Positions 47,560-54,408 of a DNA stretch of 64,000 nucleotides are shown here, piece after piece; position 1 is the stretch's first letter; every line of letters begins with the position of its first letter. Location: contig CAXXET010000004.1 in NCBI GenBank assembly GCA_963666115.2, positions 288,001 to 352,000 of the forward strand, read 5' to 3'. This DNA comes from Dehalococcoidia bacterium. GTDB taxonomy: Bacteria; Chloroflexota; Dehalococcoidia; UBA6926. The notes beneath the pieces were generated by a model, which worked only from the letters and a program-made list of their open reading frames with translations, did not search any database and had not been told where the DNA came from. A program made the position numbers and the translations under genes.

Positions 47560-48918
47560 TTAGCGGGCGGCGTAGACGTTTGAGTCCCCGCGCTCCTCCT
47601 CCACCATCTCATCGGGGGAACGCGGAGGCAGGGGCGGTTTGCGGGCGGCGGCGAAGAGGAACGCGCCGGCGGTTGTGACGAATGCCATGAGGATGAACGC
47701 GCCCGAGTAGGAATCGAATACATCCTTGAATCCGGCGGCCACGACGGGGCCCAACATCGTCCCGCCTTGCACCACGAGCGACGAGAATCCCATGATTGTG
47801 GCGAAGGCGCCGCGGCCAAAGTACTCTGCGCGGATTGCCGTCATCAGCGGCCCGCGGAATCCCCATGACAGCGCCTGCACCACCGCAAAGGCCAGCAGCA
47901 GGGGGATGGCATTTTCCGGGTTTCCCACGGGCAGGACAAGGAGGATAAGGGCGAGCGTGTGGCCGAACATGCAGGCGACGATGATCAGCCGCATTTCGAT
48001 TCGCTCCGCGAGGAAACCCGTTGCGAGCTGCGCGCCGATCATGATGGTCGTCAGGAAGGCGTAAATCCACGCGCCGGTCTCTTTTGAGAGTCCGAGGTCG
48101 TCCTCGAGATACGGGATGAATTGTGCGTTGATGGCGGAAACGGCAAACATCGCGCTGGCATGGCCGAATGAAACGAACCAGAACGACGGATTCTTGAGCG
48201 CTTCCCGCGCGGTGAAGCCTCGCGCCACCAGGCTGAGAATCGGTCGCGCGGTCGCAGGGACGTTGTCGCCCTCGCGGCCTCCGTCCGGTTTTTCGCCGTC
48301 CGGCAGGTAGCCGTACGGCTCAGGAGAATGCCTGAAGAGGAAGGTCAGAGGCAAGCCGAGACAAAGGACGATCACGCCGGACCACATGGCGAGACCGCGC
48401 CAGCCCAAGGCGTCCATCCCGAAAACGACAGCGGGAACAGCCCAGCCGGATACGCCCCACCCGACGGCTGCCAGCCCCATCGCGCGGGATCGCTTCTTGT
48501 CGAACCAGTTGGCAATCGCGGCGTTGATGGTGATGAACCCGCCAAGGCTCGATCCAATCGAGATGATCAGGTAGGCGCCGTAGTACTGCCAAAGCTCCTC
48601 GATATTAGCGAACAGGAAGAAGCCACCCGCGTACAGCAGGACACCGACCTGGAGAACGCGGCGAGTGCCGAACCGGTCAACAAGCCAGCCCTGAAACGGG
48701 CCGAGAACTCCGCTTTCCGCTCGCGCAAGGGTGAACGCCAGGGCGATCTGCGCCCTGGTCCAGCCGAAGTCGCGCTGGAGGTGGTTGAAATAGACCTGGA
48801 AGGCCTGGAAGAAGAGTCCGCCGTTGAGCACCTGGATGAGGAACGCGCCCAATACAATCCACCAGCCGAAGAACACCTGGCCGGGATTGAATCGAAAGCC
48901 GCTTCTTAGTCGGAACAC
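47560..48918 (-). CDS. MFS transporter (MCT/OFA-like)
   Basis: FFGWWIV, GWLVDRFGTR, ANWFDKKRSRAMG, AEYFGR. Confidence 0.9.
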   Translation of the reverse strand: MFRLRSGFRFNPGQVFFGWWIVLGAFLIQVLNGGLFFQAFQVYFNHLQRDFGWTRAQIALAFTLARAESGVLGPFQGWLVDRFGTRRVLQVGVLLYAGGFFLFANIEELWQYYGAYLIISIGSSLGGFITINAAIANWFDKKRSRAMGLAAVGWGVSGWAVPAVVFGMDALGWRGLAMWSGVIVLCLGLPLTFLFRHSPEPYGYLPDGEKPDGGREGDNVPATARPILSLVARGFTAREALKNPSFWFVSFGHASAMFAVSAINAQFIPYLEDDLGLSKETGAWIYAFLTTIMIGAQLATGFLAERIEMRLIIVACMFGHTLALILLVLPVGNPENAIPLLLAFAVVQALSWGFRGPLMTAIRAEYFGRGAFATIMGFSSLVVQGGTMLGPVVAAGFKDVFDSYSGAFILMAFVTTAGAFLFAAARKPPLPPRSPDEMVEEERGDSNVYAAR

Positions 48919-48987
48919 CTACCTGCAAGCCATGGGGATGATGGGCGCGTCTGGGGCGTTAAGGAATCGTAACACAGACGGGGGGCG

Positions 48988-49014
48988 CCCTTCGACTGGG
49001 CTCAGGGTGAGCGG
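48988..49014 (+). repeat. Family C element
   Basis: CCCTTCGACTGGGCTCAGGGTGAGCGG. Confidence 0.8.
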
Positions 49015-49051
49015 CGTATGTCGTATGCTATACTAGACATACGACATACGC
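49014..49051 (+). promoter_or_regulatory. Palindromic operator enclosing an extended -10 box
   Basis: GCGTATGTCGTATG-ctatactaga-CATACGACATACGC: 14-bp perfect inverted repeat around TGcTATACT. Confidence 0.65.
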
Positions 49052-49078
49052 AGTGCAGCGCGGTTTCAGGAGGGTGCG

Positions 49079-49693
49079 ATGCGCATCGGAATCAATATCT
49101 CAAACGGACTCCACCAGCGGCTAAAAGCGATCGGGGAGCCGGTCAACGTGTCGCTAGTCTGCCGCGACGCGATTGAGGCGGTGGTGGTGGAGCACGAAGA
49201 GTTGGCCGCGCGGGTCGACGGAGACGGACTACGGGCCGTCGTCGACGGATTCGCGGACGATGGCGAGCAATGGTCTGACATCGACTGGCGGGAGTATGGC
49301 TGGACAGACGCGGGGGACTGGTTCAAGACAGTAACGCGCGAACAGTACGCCAGATTCGTCCGCTACAGGGAGGCCTTCTTGAAAAGGCCGAGACTTTCCC
49401 AGGAAATTCTCTGGCTGGTGCAGTCGGCAGATCCAACTCAAGGCGGGGTTGGTTTCCAAAAACGTCTCGAAGAGCACAGGGATCTGTACGAGAAAGAGCT
49501 TGATCGCCTGGAGGATTGGAGCATCGACGGATTCCCTTACGGCGATGCCAAGCGTGAATACGAGACCGCGTGGCTGACGTATTTCAACGTGATCCACAAA
49601 CTCATTGAGGACACGCGGAAACAGCGGGCCGAGGAGTCGCGCCGTAACCGCGCGCAATTCCCTGAACCCGAATTGCCTGAGCATCTGGTATAA
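49079..49693 (+). CDS. Hypothetical protein with N-terminal ribbon-helix-helix-like domain
   Basis: MRIGINIS-helix-NVSLVCRDAI beta-alpha-alpha pattern; RBS AGGAGG. Confidence 0.7.
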   Translation: MRIGINISNGLHQRLKAIGEPVNVSLVCRDAIEAVVVEHEELAARVDGDGLRAVVDGFADDGEQWSDIDWREYGWTDAGDWFKTVTREQYARFVRYREAFLKRPRLSQEILWLVQSADPTQGGVGFQKRLEEHRDLYEKELDRLEDWSIDGFPYGDAKREYETAWLTYFNVIHKLIEDTRKQRAEESRRNRAQFPEPELPEHLV

Positions 49694-49749
49694 CAGTATT
49701 CCGCGAAACTACGGCGGCCGAGTCAGTACGTCGGGAAAGGAGGACCCAC

Positions 49750-49860
49750 ATGAAGGCATTCGCGAAAGGCGGCAAGGGCGGCGGGGGCAAAAACCCCAAC
49801 TACCCGAGCACGACCGGCAACCCGTCCGGCGGCGGCCGGGGCAACGAGCCCAAGAAGTAG
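49750..49860 (+). CDS. 36-aa Gly-rich peptide MKAFAKGGKGGGGKNPNYPSTTGNPSGGGRGNEPKK (below the ORF-track cutoff)
   Basis: AAAGGAGG RBS just upstream, host-like GC3-rich codons, followed by a hairpin. Confidence 0.7.
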   Translation: MKAFAKGGKGGGGKNPNYPSTTGNPSGGGRGNEPKK

Positions 49861-49869
49861 CCGCCAACA

Positions 49870-49906
49870 GCCGCCTGCCCGGTACCGGGCAGGCGGCCAC
49901 ATTTTT
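49870..49906 (+). terminator. Intrinsic terminator, possibly bidirectional
   Basis: 28-nt perfect palindrome GCCGCCTGCCCGGTACCGGGCAGGCGGC followed by CACATTTTT, between convergent genes. Confidence 0.7.
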
Positions 49907-49927
49907 GTGCAGTCGTTGTAGCCGTTC

Positions 49928-51262
49928 TTATGCCGCCATGCCGCAGGTGCCGGGGTTGAGGGGGCAGGTGGAGCAGTTGGCTGCGGATTGGGCGTGGAGC
50001 TCCATCGCGCGCTTGGAGGGTTGGGCGGGGGTGGCAGCTCGCCCCTGAGCAGGCTGCTCCTGGAAGAGGGGGAGTTCGGTTTGCTTGGCGGGGGTGGGCT
50101 TGTGGCCGGGGAAGCGGATGAAGGGGAGGGCGCGCTTGAGGACGACGCCCATCGCCTTGAGTTCGCGGTTCTGGGTTATGGAGTGCTGACCCCGCTGGTC
50201 GATGATGCGGCTCGCGGCCAACGGCCCGACACCGGGAACGCGCAGCAGTTCCTGCTCGCTCGCCTGGTTGACGTCCACGGGGAATCGCTCAAAGTTGGTC
50301 ATGGCGATCATGAGCTTGGGGTCCATGCGCGTATCGAGGAAGCCGTCGTCACTGAACGCCGGGCGCAGTTCCTCGGAATCGTAGCCGTAGATGCGGGACA
50401 GCCAATCCATCTGGTAGAGGCGATGCTCACGCGCGAGCGGCGTTGCCGGGTGCTCTTCCAGCGGCGTGTACTGCACGGGGCGGAAGGCGGAGTAGTAGAC
50501 ACGCTTGAAGCCGTAGTTTCCATAGAGGCCGGTCATCCGCTCGTAGATGTCCCAATCCGACTCATCCGCCGCGCCGACGACCATCTGCGTTGCCTGGCCG
50601 ACCGCGCCGCCGTACTTCTCCTGCATGAGATCGCTGATGCGCCCCATCGGCTCGATGATGCCCTTGTCGAAGTCCTTCATCTTGCTGACTTTGCGGAGAT
50701 GCTCGCGCGAGGGGGATTCGATATTGATGGAGAGGCGCGCGCCGAGGCGGTGGCTCGCCTCCAGCAGCGACTCGTCGTTCGTGCCGGGCATGACCTTGAG
50801 ATGGACGTAGCCGCGGAACCCATAGCGAGAACGGACGGCGTCCACCACGTCCAGCAGGCGCTCCTGCGTAGCGTTGGGGTTCTTGAAGATGCCGGAGCTG
50901 AGGAAGAGGCCGTCCACCATGTGGCGTTGGCGCATCTCATTGAAGAGGCGGGCGAGCTCGTCCACCTTGAAACCGTAGCGCCTGCGCGGGACCCAGTGGG
51001 AGTTGGGGCAGTAGTGGCAGTCCATGATGCAGTGGTCGGTGAACATGACGCGGAGGAGGGAGATACGCTTGCCGTTGGGCATGGCGGCCTTGTAGACGCC
51101 GGCGTGGGGGGTGACACCACCGCGCGGGCCCACGCGCTCGCCGCCGGTGGCGCGACGCGCCGCGCCGTCCGAGCGTTCGGCGGGCGACAGGACGTCATCC
51201 GTCGCCATTCCGCCCAGGTGACGGAGTTTTTCGTACACGTCCGGCGCGCTCTTGATCAGCAT
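49928..51262 (-). CDS. Putative DNA modification/repair radical SAM protein (TIGR03916-like) with HhH domain
   Basis: CIMDCHYC, GLFLSSG, YVHLKVMPG, KRVYYSAF, REHRLYQMDWL.R.YG, ELLRVPGVG. Confidence 0.88.
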   Translation of the reverse strand: MLIKSAPDVYEKLRHLGGMATDDVLSPAERSDGAARRATGGERVGPRGGVTPHAGVYKAAMPNGKRISLLRVMFTDHCIMDCHYCPNSHWVPRRRYGFKVDELARLFNEMRQRHMVDGLFLSSGIFKNPNATQERLLDVVDAVRSRYGFRGYVHLKVMPGTNDESLLEASHRLGARLSINIESPSREHLRKVSKMKDFDKGIIEPMGRISDLMQEKYGGAVGQATQMVVGAADESDWDIYERMTGLYGNYGFKRVYYSAFRPVQYTPLEEHPATPLAREHRLYQMDWLSRIYGYDSEELRPAFSDDGFLDTRMDPKLMIAMTNFERFPVDVNQASEQELLRVPGVGPLAASRIIDQRGQHSITQNRELKAMGVVLKRALPFIRFPGHKPTPAKQTELPLFQEQPAQGRAATPAQPSKRAMELHAQSAANCSTCPLNPGTCGMAA

Positions 51263-51276
51263 GGCAGGCCTCCCTT

Positions 51277-51295
51277 ATAGAAACATATGTTCTAT
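51277..51295 (-). promoter_or_regulatory. Putative LexA (SOS) box
   Basis: Minus strand ATAGAACATATGTTTCTAT = GAAC-N4-GTTT, one mismatch from GAAC-N4-GTTC, next to the radical SAM RBS. Confidence 0.7.
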
Positions 51296-51363
51296 ATCAT
51301 AGAGGACTCTCTGAGCCTGTCAACCCCCTGTCAGGGTGAGCGGGGGGCACAATTGAGGCTTTA

Positions 51364-51422
51364 GATTCTTCGCTGCGCTCAGAATGACATGAGGGCGGTT
51401 TCAGAATGACATGGGGGCGGTT
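51364..51422 (+). repeat. Family A palindrome with a 22-bp tandem duplication of its 3' end
   Basis: GATTCTTCGCTGCGCTCAGAATGAC; TCAGAATGACATG(A/G)GGGCGGTT twice (51379-51400, 51401-51422). Confidence 0.85.
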
Positions 51423-52248
51423 AGCGGAGGGTGTAGAGCCAGCCTTCGTCGTGGGCGAAGCCCTGTTGGGCGGGGTTTGGTTGGGTGAAGGCGTCGGGGT
51501 CGCGATGCCATTGGAGGGCGCCGACCAGGTTGACGACGGCATCAAGGCAGTCGGCATTGGCGCGGGATGCCAGGCGGATGTGTTCCGGGAGGGGCGCGCC
51601 GATCCACTCTTCGAGCCGCGACAGGATTTCGTGGCGGCGCGACAGGCTGTTTTCGCCGTTCTTGTAGCCGACGCCTGAATCGGCGCGGGCGCGCAGGAGT
51701 TGACCGGGCATCAGTTCGACGAGGGTCACGTCCCAGCGTGAGGAATTGGCTGGGAGGGGCGGAATGTGGAACCGGCCGCGGGCACGGGCCAAGAGCCGCC
51801 CGAGCATCGCCATGCCGTGGTAGGTCATCGGGACCATGTTTGGGTTGGTGACGTGGAGGGGGGAGAAGGCGGGGGCTGCATCGCTGGCGCGGCGGGGTTC
51901 GCCGTAGGCGGCGACATACTCTCGCGCCACCTCTTCGAATTCGGCCTGGGGCGTGGTGGACATGCGGTCGCAGGAGTCCATGAGGCCCTCGCCCCACCTG
52001 ATGAAGCCTTGCGTGACGGCAAAGTCGGCCGGCAATCCGAAGGGGAAATCGAGGGCGGCGATGGCGGGGCCTTCGATGGTCAGCAGCATTTGTTCCAGAT
52101 CGGCGCGGCGGATGGGGAACGGGGTCTGCCACTCGATGCGGCCATCGTCGTCGCCGATGGCGGCCATAGCGATCCACGTGGCGTTATCGGCTTGGGAGCC
52201 GCTGAAGTCTACGCCGATGAGGGTGGTGGTTGGTGATGCTGTGGTCAT
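51421..52248 (-). CDS. DUF429-family predicted RNase H-fold nuclease
   Basis: LIGVDFSG, ALDFPFGLP, VELMP, DCLDAV motifs. Confidence 0.75.
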   Translation of the reverse strand: MTTASPTTTLIGVDFSGSQADNATWIAMAAIGDDDGRIEWQTPFPIRRADLEQMLLTIEGPAIAALDFPFGLPADFAVTQGFIRWGEGLMDSCDRMSTTPQAEFEEVAREYVAAYGEPRRASDAAPAFSPLHVTNPNMVPMTYHGMAMLGRLLARARGRFHIPPLPANSSRWDVTLVELMPGQLLRARADSGVGYKNGENSLSRRHEILSRLEEWIGAPLPEHIRLASRANADCLDAVVNLVGALQWHRDPDAFTQPNPAQQGFAHDEGWLYTLR

Positions 52249-52349
52249 GCCGCCATTATGGCGCAAGTGGTTGTAGGACGCGACAGGGGAGGCGAAATCA
52301 CGCGGTCCTTAAGCTGGGGGCGGTGTGTATTTTGCGATATAATCCCCCA

Positions 52350-52820
52350 ATGAATAAGAACGCCCTCATTCCGTACCTCCTCCTCTTTATCGCCATTGTG
52401 GCGCTTGCCATCTGGACGGTCTTCCACACCGTTCAGATCGCCCAGATAGACCAACTGGAAGAGAACGTGGAGGCGAATTCGGCGGCGGTAGCTGCGATTC
52501 CCTCGCCCGTTCCGACGGCCACAGCCGTTCCGACTGCGACGCCGGCGCCGACCTCGACACCCATGCCGACCGCAACCCCGGCCGTACAGGAGAACGTCAC
52601 CACCCCGACGGCTACGCCCCCGTCCGGCGATGACCTTGTTGACTCTCTCCCTCTGGAGGAGCAACTGGAGTTAGGTTGCCAAGTTTTGTTGGTCATGCGC
52701 GACCAAAACCAGGATGTGAAGAACATGTTTCTGCTGGAGACCGGCCTCACACTGGATGAGTTCAGAGACGGAGTTTTCTGGTGCGAGTTGTTTGGCCCCA
52801 CGTCTCTACAGGATGAGTGA
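52350..52820 (+). CDS. Membrane-anchored/secreted hypothetical protein with PT-rich linker
   Basis: N-terminal hydrophobic helix; PTATAVPTATP repeats; TATAAT 6 nt upstream. Confidence 0.7.
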   Translation: MNKNALIPYLLLFIAIVALAIWTVFHTVQIAQIDQLEENVEANSAAVAAIPSPVPTATAVPTATPAPTSTPMPTATPAVQENVTTPTATPPSGDDLVDSLPLEEQLELGCQVLLVMRDQNQDVKNMFLLETGLTLDEFRDGVFWCELFGPTSLQDE

Positions 52821-53042
52821 TGGCCGGTCAAGCCGGGGGCGAGGGGCTGAGGGAGAGCGTGCCCATGAGAGAGCGCGAGACCCACCTTGCGGTCGAACAG
52901 GAAGGGAACGTCGTCGCCCTGCTGTGCTGAGCGCGTTCGGGGGTGCTCTGTCACGCTTCGGGGGAGTAGCCCTTTCAATTGGTGGCCAGACAGAGATGGG
53001 AGCGCATCACAGACGCGCAGATGCGTTAGGAGCTAGGCAAGA

Positions 53043-53970
53043 ATGAAGCAGGGCATGGCGATAATTCGATCCGTTGCGGCTCAACTGAGAACTGATCTGG
53101 GCAAACTGAGGGCTGAACTTGCAGAGTTGCGCAAGGTCTCTGCGAAAGACCCCCGCAGGGGGTTCAGCATCAACTTCATGCTGGCCCTGACGGTCTTTTG
53201 CGCTCATTACGTTTTTGACCTGGGGGTTCGACTACGTTGACGGACTATACGATAGGATCTTGGTGACTCTCGTTGCCCCGCTGTTTCCTGTGTCGGCGTT
53301 CATTGAAGCGGTCCGCCAGAAAGGTGGCGGCCATGAGTTTCCTTGGATCACGTTCAGTTTTGTGATAATGGTGGGCCTGGTTGCGCTTATGGCAATCGGC
53401 GTGCGAGAGAATTTCGATGCAGTGGTACTCAACGGAGCAGTACTGTATGTATCATTCCCATGGCTATTGATGGTCATACCCATGGTTCGACAGAAGAGGA
53501 TACTGGCAGTTGGAATAATTCCAGGCGGGATTATATTGCTCTTGTATTTCACTACGGTCATATTCCCAGAAAGTGTAGATTTGAACGTCGCACTGCTTCC
53601 TTTGGCTCCAGTAGCGATAATCGTCGCTCTCTGGGCACTGCCACTCTGGATTCTATTCAAGGGGGTCGACAGGTGGCACGGACGTCCCATCTCGGGTCCA
53701 GGCATTGAGAGCGTCGCAATGTTCTTTTTGGCTGCACCCGTCGTGGTATCCGCGATGTTGGTCGTCAAAGCGTCTACCGATAACGACACTATGGTTGCGA
53801 TCATCGGCGTACTTACCAGCCTTGTATTTAGCAGCGCAGTATCTGTGCCGTTCAGGGAGTTTCTCCGCGATCTGGGGAATCTCTCGGGGAATGACACCGC
53901 TCTGGAAGACGGCGAAGATGGTCAAGGCCATGGCGACGCGGCTGACAATGCGCACGATCGTCAGCGTTAA
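53043..53970 (+). pseudogene. Multi-pass membrane protein split by a +1 frameshift at 53212-53226
   Basis: ORFs 53043-53240 and 53215-53970 join if one base is removed from TTTTT or GGGGG; lower GC. Confidence 0.55.
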
Positions 53971-53977
53971 CGAGCAC

Positions 53978-54080
53978 CCCTCACCCTAACCCTCTCCCAG
54001 AGGGAGAGGGGATTTTCTGGGTGTCGTTACTCGGTTGGATTACACTACGAGTTCTGGATTCCCGCTTTCGCGGGCAAGAC
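53978..54080 (+). repeat. Family D (53978-54011) and family B variant (54057-54080) palindromes
   Basis: CCCTCACCCTAACCCTCTCCCAGAGGGAGAGGGG; GATTCCCGCTTTCGCGGGCAAGAC. Confidence 0.85.
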
Positions 54081-54128
54081 GAGGCTGCTGGCCGGAACGA
54101 GGGGCATGTGCATATCAAGATTAATCAT
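54045..54128 (-). pseudogene. Probable VapC/PIN toxin remnant truncated at a family B repeat
   Basis: ATG overlaps the antitoxin stop (ATGATTAA); MINLDMH resembles PIN N-termini (MxxLDTH); frame runs into LPAKAGIQ and stops. Confidence 0.5.
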
Positions 54129-54375
54129 CCGGTTCCCACCACACGCCTGTGGGCGTAGTTTCGTCCTTGATCTCCGGCTTGCCCCGGAGGATTCGGTACG
54201 GGTCTGAGTTGTGCAGGTGTTCGTCCGGCCGGCTATCCGTGGAATCGCCTGTGTTATGGGGGAGGACGCGGGCGATGGGCTTGCCGCCATCTGTCACGAT
54301 CAGGCCGTCCGTGTCCAGTTCGCTGAGCAGCGCGAGACACTCGTCTTGGAACTGCGAGGTTTCGATTGTCTTCAT
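54121..54375 (-). CDS. Phd/YefM-family antitoxin
   Basis: MKTIETSQFQDECLALL..LIVTDGGKPIARVLP. Confidence 0.8.
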   Translation of the reverse strand: MKTIETSQFQDECLALLSELDTDGLIVTDGGKPIARVLPHNTGDSTDSRPDEHLHNSDPYRILRGKPEIKDETTPTGVWWEPDD

Positions 54376-54408
54376 TGCGATGCTCCTGTTCGGGCAGGGC
54401 GGTTGCTT

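Noticed and set aside
49750-51262. Micropeptide as a RiPP precursor for the adjacent radical SAM
   Set aside because: Genes are convergent and separated by a terminator; the enzyme has an HhH DNA-binding domain and an SOS-like box, with no SPASM/RRE features
52865-52930. Short ORF ending LLC-TGA as another selenoprotein
   Set aside because: No recognisable family, no convincing SECIS and no evidence of coding
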